A stretch of 64,000 nucleotides of DNA from Haliotis rufescens (lineage: Eukaryota): NCBI RefSeq assembly GCF_023055435.1, contig NW_025964358.1, forward strand, positions 744,001 through 808,000. Reading direction: 5' to 3'. The translations under genes were made by a program, and so were the position numbers. Each line of letters begins with the position of its first letter. The stretch's first letter is position 1. Below the pieces are notes generated by a model, which did no database searches, was not told where the DNA came from, and saw nothing but the letters and a program-made list of their open reading frames with translations. Positions 24,623-37,303 of this stretch are shown piece by piece.

Positions 24623-25399
24623 TATAACATCGTATTTACGCACCGGATGCTCAAAATCACAATACAATGCTAGTATTCAATATTTGTGTTCCAGGGAGTG
24701 AATACTAAATAGACGAGGACCAATTTGCAAGCCAGGTCGACAGACAGGTTAAATCTCACTTTGCCAGCAGCCTGGGGAGATTAACTTGTACGGTCCAGCT
24801 ATAGCCTGTTCTGATTATCTGAGCTCCTTAATGACTTAGCTGTGACCCACTGTGAGCCAAACTTAACTGATGAAGTGAACTGTGTTCAGCTTAACAGATA
24901 TGGGCACTGGAGGTGTTGTAAGGCTGGATGCCCTGCAACCATCAACACTGCCAACAATCTCATCACCACATCCATAACCATCTTCCCGATGAAGCCAAGT
25001 TGAAAGTCGACGTCTTCCTTGCCTCCATGATAGATACAGTTCAAGTTGACCCTAGGCCGGTGAACAGTAAGTGTAACAAATGACATTTTCAGTAATTTTC
25101 AGTTTCTACTGTAACCATCTGGTGATATCTTTGTATTTTGTTTGTGTTGTAGCTTCCATTAAATTTTTAATTAATAATTAATAAAAACCTATACTACTAC
25201 ATACATTTTGTGTGTTATATCTACCTAGACAGGCTCTAGTCTGGTTATAGTCAGTCAGTGAAAGTGAAACAGGTATTTACACGGGCTACTGATTTTTAAA
25301 CTAGAACAATAGCTGCTGGCAAAGTGAGAAAACCCCGACAGACACTAGTTTTCTTTGAACCAAAAAAAAGAAGGGGATTCAGCTGTCGGGGCTATACGC

Positions 25400-25608
25400 C
25401 AGCTTGTGGTTTTAATTAATTGTTACCAGATCCAGCTGGGGTAGCAGACGACACACTTTCCAACAATGGGGATCAGGGTAAAACATAACACACAATTAAT
25501 TCTCAGCTTGTGGTTTTAATTAATTGTTACCAGATCCAGCTGGGGTAGCAGACGACACACTTTCCAACAATGGGGATAAGGGTAAAACATAACACACAAT
25601 TAATTCTC
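25400..25608. repeat. near-perfect tandem duplication, 104 bp x 2
   Basis: CAGCTTGTGGTTTTAATTAATTGTTACCAG at 25400 and 25504. Confidence 0.9.
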
Positions 25609-26494
25609 AACCTGATCTAATTCTAATTCAACAATTTATCATGTACTTAGCAGTGGGAGATTCTGTTCTCTCTAGTGAAATGCAGTTTTCATGCACCTGT
25701 CTCACTCTTGGCAGGCAATATAATGCGGGAACGACCTGTCACGTATAACTCAATCTTAAATAATCTTTCTCACTTTCTTATTAAAGGCTGCAGCGTGGAA
25801 TGTTAATTTATTGTGACTAAGGCTACTCCCTGACTTCCAGACACTAATTGACATGTCCCCCTCACCCACTCACGAGGGATTAGTTCTTGTTAAAGGCTAA
25901 GAGATACAGTATACTGCAGGTTAACTAGGCTAATTAAGTAATTTAGGGTTAAATGATATTGTTTACTTAGAGTGTGTTATAATCCGTTTGATGTTGAATT
26001 AGAATGAGTGAATCTTCAAAATGGGTACGCATGTCCAACACTACCGGTAGCACAATCACCAATCACAAATAGTGTTTTCACAATTAATATACTAATCATG
26101 CTATAATATATATATAATACTGACACGTTGCTTAAGCGTTATCGGAATAACCGTGAATTAGATTTTCACACACTCTTTGCTCATGGGCATACATGCATAT
26201 ACATTATAAATTTGAAATGCAATTGTAAAAAAAGTTTTTTTTCGTCAGAAGAATCGTAACCAAGTCCTCGGGATACGTCATAGCGACCTTCCCGTCTAGA
26301 AGAAGAAGGCTCAGTTGATGTCATCCGAGGAGAGCAACTTTCACGGGGACGGAATGAAAGAATGAGTCGAGGGAACTTCAGATGGCGAAGAAGCTCGCAG
26401 ATGGGACATACGCAAAGACGCTGGACAGTGCAGCAGCCTTCCCAAAGGCAAGACGTCCGTGGACCAGCCGCAAAATACAGAGGGTCAACACAGA

Positions 26495-26529
<35 letters not shown>

Positions 26530-26599
26530 CGTGTGCATGTTTACGTGCGTGATCAGTGGTCATGAACAACAGTTTGGTGTAATGAGTAGAAGATTTGTA

Positions 26600-27270
26600 T
26601 ACTCAACAACAAGTACCTGTGACACAAATATTTTAGTGTACTTAGTATCTTTCAAACACAGATACAGATTGTAGTACATGTATGGAATCAAGTCACAAAA
26701 ACGCAACTGCTACAGAAAAGCATGCATTCCATGCAAAAGTTGACTTTTATCCAAGCCCCAAGCATTTCACTACCAAGAACGGGTATAAAAACATGTGCAT
26801 TAACGGGATTCCATATGCATTGATTACTATCGCGCTGACAACAACCACTCAGAAAAACAAGAACATTACGCAATTATTCAACATTACGAAATGCCACGTC
26901 TGTCCGAAAATGAGCGTCTGCGAGCCATTGGTATGCTTGAAGCAGGATCGAGTCAACGTGATGCTGCAAGACAATTTAACGTCCACAGAAACACCATTTG
27001 GTGTTTATGGCGACGTTGGCAACAGACGAATGCAGTCAGAGACCATCCTCGGAGTGGCAGGCCACGCGTAACCAATAATCAACAAGACAAAAATGCCTTC
27101 GACGAATATGTTCACAAACCGTACGTTAAACCAACAACTCAGCACAAATCGATTTCAACACTTTCAAGTGATTATAATATAGAAGTCACCGCCAGTGCAA
27201 TCACCTCGCACTGCTAATCCGCTGTGTGCATTTGACCATAATGTCTACTCACATACCAAGCACCGCGCCA
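26600..27270 (+). mobile_element. Tc1-like transposon, 5' part, internally deleted
   Basis: TA then TACTCAACAACAAG terminus; ORF 26891 MPRLSENERLRAIGML..SQRDAARQFNVHRNTI..PRSGRPRVT (paired-like HTH, GRPR); homologous to 53530-54384. Confidence 0.88.
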
Positions 27271-27484
27271 GGAAAAGTACCAGATGCCTCAATCGCTTAC
27301 CTGTCAATGTCATTGCAAGGAGAATACGTACTCCCGCTAACAGTGTGGAGTAGTAATTATACATTCCAGTAATGTTACACGCCACTATATCAGTTTTATT
27401 TGAAACCTATTAAAAAAATTGATCGACTTAAAATCACTGTATTTTGCACACACAGTACAATTATATAATAATACATATTAGCAA

Positions 27485-29747
27485 TTATTACCCATATGGG
27501 CTCAAATATGCAGTGTAATAACTTTTTGATATTTGCACAGTGTGCAATTGGTGATTCTCGAAGCTGATTGGTCAGTTAAACAAATGTCAATTTTCATTGG
27601 TCGACGGGACTATTTTTCTCTCATTGAGTTCATTCACAAATCCAGGGCATTCATTCACATGTTTTACGTGCTACAATCTCACTTAATCGAGATTTATAAG
27701 ACTAGAACATAGTTTCATATCAACCACATGATTTCACAGTATAATGAATAAAGCATTTATTTCGCACGAGTTTTAGTTTACAATAAGCGTAATTACAAAA
27801 AACAAAACTACGTCTGCATTGTTTGTAAACAAACATGGCTGACCATTTGACACCTGTCAAACTAAATGACCTCGTTAAAGTAGACGGAGATCTGACACTG
27901 ACAGGAAGAGTTATTCGCATAATTCAACCTCTGAACTCATTTGATGTCTTTGTTGTCAAAACTGCATATGGCCAGATTGAAGTTCCAAGTTTCAGATTGT
28001 GATGTTGCCAGAAACTGTTTCTAGTGCGCTAAAACTCAACACCACCAAGTCAGGATTTGCGTCTGTGTTAGAGGACTTGCTGTTTGGCGAATCTTTCGAC
28101 CACACGAATCCCCAAAACCGGACTTTGTATAGACAGGTTTGCCTTTGTGAACGATGATGACATCGATAACTGCCAATGAAAAGGAAAACACAATGAAAAA
28201 GACTAAATTTGACAAGTTGACATGAACTTAGTTCAAATTTATACTGGTAAGAAAAACGCGAAAAATAAGACTACTCACACTTTCAATGATGGCATAAGAA
28301 TAAAAACAAATTCCTTTTGCAACAACAGTTAGACTTTCCGAAAGACATTATAAACATACGCCATTTCGTAGAATTTAAGTTTGTAACATTGTGTGAAGAA
28401 ATAAGAACGCGACACTTTTTTATACAATGTATACTATACGTTTTTGTAACCGCGACGTCAGCACAGTACGGCGCTGAGCGGTATGCAGGCTGACTGACGT
28501 CCGGGCACCATAAGACTATGAGGGTTAATGACACAGGAAAGGTGCAACTAAACATTATTCTTTGCAAATTTATCATTTCGGCATGCACATCAGACGGTTC
28601 AGAATTCGAAATGCCTACTTTGAAGGAGATCAAGGGTAGCACCGAGTGCTACCTTAGCGACAAGATTACCAACATCTGGTTGCGAAATCGATGCACTTTG
28701 CTGAACTCAAATAGGTTTTGAAATCAAAACAAAAATAATTAAAAATACAAGGAAAAGAAAACTTACCCCAGCGAGGTGATCCTGTGTCCGACATTGAACT
28801 AAATGAACTCCGTGAATGCGGACAGCTTGTCACCAAGTCTCCAGATACCGTGTTAGTCTATCAACAGGTATTCGACCATATTATGAATCACATCAAAATA
28901 TCAACAAACTCCCGTTATCTGACTGTGTCCACTCCACAAGCGCGTTTGACTCAGACAAGTCCTCCTAAAATCCAACATGCACATGGTTCCCATCAGTCAC
29001 ACTTGTCTCAAATCACAAACGATGTTCATTAAACTTGTTGTCCGGATTAAACTGTAACGCCGGTTCTCTTGTCATTCCTGGTTTCGGCTGTCTCATATCT
29101 GGGTCAAGTCGGGTCATTCTTTCCGACACTGACAGCAATCGTATTTTTCAAAGTTTACCTACTTGTCGTAACTTTTCTCAATCAAACATGACTTCTGTAC
29201 ATTCCTTCTATGTTGTTGATACAGGTTTTTGCATTTTTACCGAATGACACATGAAAAAATTGACAGGTTTTCCGTGTTTCCTCTTATCAATGTGAAATTC
29301 ATGTCCATGGTGATGCACGACGCCTATTGTCTTGTCAATGAGAGGTCTTGTCAAAACAAGCGTTGATTAAAAAGCCTGTTGAACCTTTTTTGAAAATTGT
29401 CTTCTTTTATCAATGGTAGATAGTGTACGCTGTATAACTCAGACAGAAATATAACTGCAATAATGTGATCTTTCAAGTTTTGTTAACAAAACTATATTTT
29501 TACGCGTAGCAAGACGTTGTTGATTGAGTAATGCGGCTGGAGTGAGTGGACAGTGTTTTTTCACACGCGGATTGATACAAATCAGTTGATTCTTGATCGG
29601 CGACAGTTCATTGTTTTTTTCTTGAAACATGTCTTTAATATGAATATGGGTAATAAATAGAATAACCCACGAGGTACGAGTGATAACGGAAAATATGTCA
29701 CTCGTGAAATTAATCTTTAATCACTCGTACCTCGTTGGTTATTCTAT
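27485..29747 (+). mobile_element. degenerate Crypton-like (DUF3504 / tyrosine recombinase) DNA transposon
   Basis: ILCKFIISACTSDGSEFEMPTLKEIKGSTECYL and LKSKQK*LKIQGKENLPQRGDPVSDIELNELRECGQL...SPDTVL resemble CryptonA/ZMYM/KIAA1958 motifs; inverted 13-mer TTATTACCCATAT (27485) / ATATGGGTAATAA (29644) followed by a 28-bp-arm hairpin 29657-29747. Confidence 0.65.
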
Positions 29748-30901
29748 AATTATCCCCCTTTACGAACAAGAACAAAGAAACACCAACATTGTTTGGAGAT
29801 ATCATCTATCCAAAGCATTTGGAATTTTTTTGCAGTGCATGTGTATACAAATGTCCGTGAGCTATCGCGGACGAGGGGCTGGGCAAGTCATATCAAGCAT
29901 ATTCTATTTAGTTCAGGTCTTAGCTATGCTTGGTTTAGTTCCCCACCTTATTATCATGGCATATTTCAAAATTTCAAATTTCCACCAAAATCAATTAAGC
30001 GACCATAAAGCCCCTCCAAGTTGCCTCACCTTTCGGACATACCCTTCTCGACTACATCCCTATGTGGCTTCGCGGGCCCGTGTGCGAAATACGCATATGT
30101 CGGAAAGCGCACGTTTACACTCAAACTAAGAAAGTAAGAATGCTTGGTTTTATGTTCGATGTATTGTTTGTTGTCTAAGCCTTTTTCAAATCGGATTGAA
30201 AGATATGTACAGCCAAGAATGGACTAAAATTTATTATCTTATAGTACTCGACAAAAATGTTATTCATTTTTAAAGATAAGCCTACGAATTCCCTTGTTTT
30301 GCCAATCAATGCAGATTTTCCGATTCATGTGTAATCGAAAACAAAACATACAAAATGAACCTGCAATTCTACCTTCAATCCAACATTTCACTCGCCTAAT
30401 GGCAACCACAAACTATAGAGACTTGGACTTTGTCAAAAGCAGAACAGTACTTATTTGAAATTGTGAATCTAAGTGTTACATTATCCTCCACTGTATAGTA
30501 TGCACTTCATGTATTTGGGTCTACTACCTTTCATGCAATATGCATTTAATACTGTCTATCGTCGAATGAATTTTATATGTTATTAGTCACGATATGACTG
30601 ATACTGCCGACGTGATGCGACATCATTTCACACTAAACACAGCCCATTACTGACCGAGTACTCAAAGTAATCAAAGCTCTTGTGAAGAAAAACAAAGAAT
30701 GCAACACATTTCGTATTTGTTGTCACTGGATGATAATTCCACTTGTTGTGACCTACCAAGCAATAGAGAACACAGGGCTTCAAGTTTTTACCTTTTATTG
30801 AAATGATTAAACCGAACAATAACACATCATGTATGTGACAATGTTGTGATGCCTTCTCATTCTAGGTCGTCATGCTGCTGTTTTACTCCACAGTCAGCAA
30901 G

Positions 30902-31266
30902 GTGAGGTGATGTGAGGTGAGGTGAAATGGGGTTTAACGTCGCGTCCAAGATGATTGCACTTATATAGCTACGTGCATGCACGTGTGTGTGTGTGTGTGT
31001 CTGCTTGTACTAGACCGGACTGATGCCGATTTATAGTGCTAGCCCACTGAGATACCATGCCGCAGTTTAACATGAATACCCCACTCAGACACATTATACT
31101 GACTCTGAGCCGACCAGTCCTTGTTTTGGCCCCTTAATGCCGAGCGCCAGACAGGGTAACAACAAGTACCATCTTTTAACGTCGTTTGGTATGACGCGTT
31201 CGGGGATCGAACCCCGGACCTTCCGCTCTCCGGGCGGACGCTCTACCACTAGACCACGGAGGCGGT
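30902..31266 (-). mobile_element. SINE family A, full length, nested in a degenerate family B copy
   Basis: TSD ACAGTCAGCAAG at 30890-30901 and 31267-31278. Confidence 0.93.
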
Positions 31267-31705
31267 ACAGTCAGCAAGAATACAGCGAATGCGGCGGCCT
31301 GTAGATAATCAAATATGGACCAGACAGTTCAGTGGTTGATGTTATTGGAAGTGTCCAACGCCGTCGCCAACGCCGTGACAATGCGAAGAAACTCAATAAA
31401 CCAATCAACTACCGAACGACATACATGGTCATAGTATTCTAACAAAAACATGGTCATAGCATTTGCCTCTTCAGTTTTTGTAACATATTCATACGACCCA
31501 AGTTTGTGTGATGATGTAAAGATGATCATGACAATATCACACTCTTTTCACTTTCACAATATCTGTTTCATCTCAAAAGTAACGTATCCGAAAGGAATAG
31601 GTGGTATGTAAAAACATAATTTCATATTTCATATTTATCTTTTGGATGAAATAATTTGTGTTACTTACAATATTAGTCACTATGCAAAGTCGAAAAGAAT
31701 AGCAC

Positions 31706-31880
31706 CCCCGTGACGATCGGGGTGAGAATTGGTTTTCAGCAGAACATGCTTTGGTCGGAAGAGGCGATTAAACGGATCGGATCGCTGGTTGATGTATGTC
31801 ATCGTATACCAGTTGGATTATCTGGTCCAAACTAGATTATTTACAGGCCGCCGTCATATAGCTGGAATATTGCTGAGGGC
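31706..31880 (+). mobile_element. SINE-like family B, degenerate and deleted
   Basis: Similarity to 22146-22408. Confidence 0.7.
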
Positions 31881-32469
31881 AGCGAACCTTTCTGTGCAAG
31901 GCCAAGCTTGTCTCCATTTAAGACGCTAGAGATAGCTTACTGAAAAAGAAAACGGACATGCATGGTTGTGAGACGTGGTAGAAAATGGTATGCATTCAGC
32001 GACAGATTAGAAACAGGGTGAAATATGTCTTGTTCCCGCGACAAAGTAAAAACTATGTTTTGTTACAATGCCGTGTCGCGAAGCTAATAAAAATGTCAAG
32101 CCTGAAACAGATTGATTTGCACCGCTTTCGTTCATGCGTTTAGTTTCTTCACTGAAGGTAAGAGCTGACCTAGTGTTGGGCATAGGCTATAAGATGCATT
32201 ATTTCCAGCATGTGTGGATGACAATAAATAGCAGAAATATTAACAGAATGTTAAACTTCTCTGATAATACGTTAGAAGTGTAAGGTCGAATTGCCTGTAT
32301 TTGTGTTCAAGTACATAACCTTGAGTAATATGAGTAGTACATGTGTGTGTAAATTGGAGCGCTAAATAATAAATTCAGACGAAGCTATCGTATGAAGATA
32401 AGTTAGATTTATTCGGCTAAATTTTCATCTAGGTCACAGTGTGTTAAATATCTGGTCCAGATGATGGTT

Positions 32470-32885
32470 GGTGTGTTGTTTTACGCCGCACTCAGCAATA
32501 TTCAAGCCATATGACGGCGGTCTGTAAATAATCCAGTGATTGACATAATGAGCATCGATCCACGCAATTGGGATCGATGACATGCCACAACCAAGTCAGC
32601 GAGCCTGACCACCGACCCCGTTAGTCGCCTCTTACGACAAGCATAGTGAGTGAGATATGACCGACAAACCTTTTCATTGTCTGCGTCGCTGTGCACATGA
32701 TAGCGATTAGTATGATGCACGAAAATGGGATACGATGACATGCAATGTAAGTAATCGAGCAACGACTCGCGCCGTAGGGGTACGATGACACGCAATCAAC
32801 CCAGTCACGGACCCTGACGACCGGATCCATTGAGTCTACACGACCAGCATAGGTTGCTGGTACCAATTCTAACCTGGTACTCATT
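32470..32885 (-). mobile_element. SINE-like family B copies
   Basis: Reverse complement of family B body and tail. Confidence 0.75.
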
Positions 32886-33709
32886 TTAACAAAATATATA
32901 CGACTGACCCGACGTTTCTGGGAAAATCTTCATTACAAAAGTTTATCCACCTGCTGAATTATGACAATAACATCACACCCCTAGCTGCCATGGTGTCGCA
33001 AATGTTTGACCGACGAAGGTCGACTCTTGCTTATATATAATTATGTACATTACTAATTATTTATTAACAATTTCACAACCTTTCAGCATACATGATAGAT
33101 AATTGTCATTGTTACCTTTATATATTTTAAACCGACATCTTAAACTATACTTTAACAGACATTTATTGAATTGTAGTGTCTCATAGGCCAAATCTGGCCA
33201 GACACATTTATATGTGTGTGACACTTTAATAAAATATCTTCTTCTTCTTCTTCCTCTTCTTCTTCTTCTTCTAATTCTAACCCGGAATTAACACGAGCAT
33301 TTCAGTGAACCGGTATACAGTGGTATCAACACAAGTCACGACATCCCTCTCATACCTGACACGTACAAAATCTCATCCTAAACGAACTACAATCAGGAAA
33401 CAACAATAAAGTGTCACAAACCTAACGAAAACGCCCACTAGTGTCATGTGTCAAAAACACATACAGCTCTTTGAGCAGAATAGGAATGACGAAAATAAAC
33501 ATAAACGACAAAGCACAATCACAATTTACATCTATAACACATGCTCATGTATCAGAACTATGACAGCGTGATTACTCGTCCAATGACGTACATGTGCGTG
33601 CGCGTAATGACAGGTTGGCCTAAAACAACGCACGTCCTCGTGACGACAATAAAAGTGTCATATGTAGGTTCTGGCTGTGCAACAAGACGTGTTTCCATAC
33701 CCAGCAAAC

Positions 33710-33767
33710 ATGTGGTACAAAGTGCTAGGCGTTGTCTCTCTATGTAGTGTTTATGTGAGCACACAAG
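33710..33767 (+). CDS. FAMeT-like gene 1, exon 1 (signal peptide MWYKVLGVVSLCSVYVSTQ)
   Basis: ATG, hydrophobic stretch, donor AAG|GTAAGA, phase 1 matches exon 2. Confidence 0.72.
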
Positions 33768-33869
33768 GTAAGATTTTATTATAATTATTATTATTTATTA
33801 TCATATTTTTATCTTGTTTGATAACTACATTAACTTAACATTGTCACAAATAAGTGTGTTCATGCTTTC

Positions 33870-34100
33870 TTGTTGGTTAACGCCGCACTCAGCAATATTC
33901 CAGCTTTATGATGGCGGTCGTAAATAATCGAGTTTGGACCGGACAATCCAGTGACTGACATCATGAGCATCGATCTACGCAACTGAGATACGATGACATG
34001 CATCAACCAAGTCAGCAAGCCCGACCACACGATCCCGCTTGTTGCCTCTTACGACAAGCATGGGTAGCTGAAGACCCATTCTAACCCTGATCATCATGGG
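33870..34100 (-). mobile_element. SINE-like family B
   Basis: Reverse complement of family B. Confidence 0.85.
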
Positions 34101-34300
34101 GGAATGTGTCAGTGAATAGCATTACGCCCTGGTAATAATCCTGCCAGTAAATAGTCAAATCTGGAATGCGGCACTGAACGTATAAGTAAGGAACTATAGG
34201 GGTACGATGACCACTTATTCCCATGATGAATATCCGTTTAACCTGATTTCTGTTTTCTTATTAAAGTGTTTTCAAAAACGAATTTATGGGAAGTGAGAAT

Positions 34301-34599
34301 GAGATATATGGATGAACAACTTCTTTATTACAATTAGGAGCGACGTTTCGGTGTACACCCTTCTGTGTACATAACGGGCCTCTCCACTGCAGCAGTGTAA
34401 CTGCATCTTAAACCTTCTCAACTGTATAAACACTGCCTCCTATCCTGTATATACTTGTCAACCATACTCTGTACATCACTTGATTGATAACGGTGTTAGA
34501 ACCTACATCGAAACGTCGGTCCTAATTGTAATAAAGAAGTTGTTCATCCATATATCTTATCTTTACATAGTATTCCAATTCTAAATGCCTCTCAAAGAA
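34301..34599 (+). mobile_element. Penelope-like insertion (inverted pseudo-LTR fragment plus pseudo-LTR with tail)
   Basis: ~55-bp inverted repeat 34301-34355 / 34504-34558; flanking direct repeat GAATTTATGGGA at 34280 and 34600; hammerhead-like TTGATAA..GAAACGTCGGTC followed by AATAAA. Confidence 0.65.
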
Positions 34600-35570
34600 G
34601 AATTTATGGGAGTTGAAAATATTTCTTGATTACCATATGATCTGTCAGTACTCAAACCCAAATGTGTTTCGTCCGTGTCACCTTGGGCGAGGCTACATAT
34701 AACTTTCAGTTCATATGCCACGACTTCGTCCTTCACGTTCCACAGACAGGGAACAGTGCGACGTTATACGTCAAGCTCTCTGCAGTTTATAAACTTGTAA
34801 TAACTCTCTTAAACCATTTCCATTCTCCACAATGTAACGTTCAAATTCCAATATCATCATTTCAAACTTTCTTCTGACTGTCCATAAAGTATATACCTAT
34901 TAATCTTAGATAATGCTATGATGCGTTTGTCCAATAGTTTGTTTAATTAGGGGCATACAATTATTATTTGAAACTTATGAAACCCGTTTACAAAATTATT
35001 TGAATGCTCGTTGATTCGTTGACAGGGATTATAGAATGTCAAATATCTCAAATCAAAATCAAACGATACCTTGGTTTCCATGACCAATACCGATTTTCGT
35101 TTGAAAGTTCATTTTTAAATAAATCAAATAGACGTATTCGGAGGTAAGTAATTAGCGAAGAGATTGGCATATAGGTTTAACGATATGTTCTGATTTGTGG
35201 CCAGTATATGTAGGAGATGTAAAAGTGCGTTGTAAATCCACGAGCCCATGTTGCCAGGGTTTCCAAACGGTCGATCCGGATAAGTTCCCCGAAGCTTCGG
35301 GACGATCATTGGGTGGAGGGGATTTTTGTCACCGACAAAATCATTTTCACTGCTTCAAGACGGAAATGAAGAGCCGTATATCTTTATATTGTGTCAAGAC
35401 ATCAGAATATCCAGCGAAAAATATTACCTTTTTAACCCTGAGGGAAAACTATTATTTTCTTGTAATGTTAGAGGCAAAATATTATTTTTTAAAAACAACC
35501 CAGCCACCAGACATCAAACATTGGTCCATAATCAGTATACATATCTGCCTAATCATGCTCTTCCTTACAG

Positions 35571-35773
35571 TGTCCAGTCTGCAGTGTAAGGTTGCAGGCG
35601 ACGGAGACCTCATCCCGATCAGGACGCCAGAGTACAGAGCATGGGTGCCGCTAGGCGAAGTTGGACTTAACGTCAATGACTCCAAAGTTCTTGTTTTCGC
35701 CGCTAGGTCCTGTTTTGGGGCTCACATCTTACTCCAGAACGATGCAGCGGACTTCAAGAATTCTGTTTATGAG
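35571..35773 (+). CDS. FAMeT-like gene 1, exon 2
   Basis: TTCCTTACAG| VSSLQCK..VLVFAARSCFGAHILLQND..NSVYE |GTAAAG; the F-x-x-x-[AS]-x-x-[DG]-AHI-x-L motif matches the Methyltransf_FA domain. Confidence 0.85.
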
Positions 35774-35995
35774 GTAAAGTTACAGCATTGTATGATGTTC
35801 TGTTGTTTCATGCCGAGGTCAGTACTATTCCAGCTATGTCACGGCTGCCTTCATAGATCACAGAGTTTGACCAGGCAAACCAGTGAAGGATAACAATCCA
35901 TATAACAATTGTATCTCAGACCCTGAACACCCGTTACGACCAGCAATGAGTTGTTGGGGGTCTATTCTAACCATAACGCTAATATGTGCTATGTA

Positions 35996-36993
35996 GGAGG
36001 GTTGACTGATGAGTTCTGAACCTCACATGGAAGGATTTGTGTAATAGTGAAATCTTAATGGGCATTACATGATGTCACAGGGGTATATCCACAAAGTCTT
36101 GAGTCGTTGCTACAAGTCAGTTTAAGCAGGGGTCTGTGACCTTGAGGATTGTTCATTGATCAAGTACTTCCATGAAGATATGAGTACAACTCAAGGAACG
36201 TGGCAGGGAAATCCTTGAAGAGGGCCCCTTTCCCGGAAGGCCTGTGACATCAGCAGCACAAGAAAGTATCCGGAGAATCCACGATATGGTGATGGCCGAC
36301 CGGACAATGCTAGTTCGTTTCCTATGAGAGTGTACATTTCATTATCACAGAAACTTTGGCAATGAAGAAAGTAGTAACTCGTTGGGTTCCAAAGCTTCTG
36401 ACATCTGATAAAAAACGCACAAGATGACTTGTGATAATCTACCTCTGTTTGAGGCTGATCCAGATAGGTTCTTGCAACTAGTGTCTATGAATGAAACCTT
36501 GGTTCTTCAAGTCAAAACAACAGTCAAAACAATGGGAGCATGTGACATCACCACCACCAAATAAGGCAAAGACTATCCCATCAGCTTGGGCAGTTATGGC
36601 CTCACTGTTCTGGGGTGCTGGGGGTGTCATTATGGTGGACTATCTTCCATAAGGCCAGACAATAAACGGAGCATTTTATCCTGCCCTTTTGAGGCAATTA
36701 TGGGATAAAATGAATACTAGGAAAAGATGTGATCTTCCACCAGGACAATTTTCCAGTGCACAAACCAGTCACTGCCATGGATTACGATCCTGGCTTTGAA
36801 CTCAAATCAACTCGAACGATGACGTCATTGCAGCTGCGGAGAACCTTTTGGACAGCCAAAGGAAGTACTGGTATAAATTTTTTCGAACAACGTTGGCAGA
36901 CGTGTATCAATATTGGAAGTGATTATGTTCAAAAATAAGTCTTTTAATGTCTTTAGGTCAGGTCTTTCTGTGTGAGGTTCAGAACTTATCAAT
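35996..36993 (+). mobile_element. degenerate mariner transposon in intron 2 of gene 1
   Basis: TIR TGATGAGTTCTGAACCTCACA / TGTGAGGTTCAGAACTTATCA; KKVVTRWVPKLLT, MNET, VMASLFWGAGGVIMVDYL, IFHQDNFPVH. Confidence 0.88.
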
Positions 36994-37088
36994 TATTTTT
37001 AAACGACATATATAGACCTGGAATGAAAGTTACACACCCCCTGAGGTAATGAATTATAACATGTCACCTCTAATTTCAACTGTAATGG

Positions 37089-37303
37089 CAACCCATGTTT
37101 GTCGTAAAAGGCGACTGGGCTTGTCGTAAGAGACGACTAACGGGGTCGGGTAGTCAGGGTCGCTGACTTGGTTAATGCATATCATCGTATCCCAGTTGCG
37201 TGGATCGATGCTCACGATGGCAATCATTAATTGGATTGTCTGGTCCAGACTCGAATATTTACAGACCGCCATTATACAGCTGGAATATTGCTGAGTGCGG
37301 CGT
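37089..37303 (+). mobile_element. SINE-like family B
   Basis: Similarity to 22146-22408. Confidence 0.85.

Noticed and set aside
24787-26125. Solo LTR
   Set aside because: TG..CA ends can be picked but there is no target-site duplication, PBS/PPT or second copy in the window
35195-35570. N-terminal part of the 232-aa ORF as coding
   Set aside because: It lies upstream of a strong acceptor at 35570 and has no domain similarity; most likely intronic read-through
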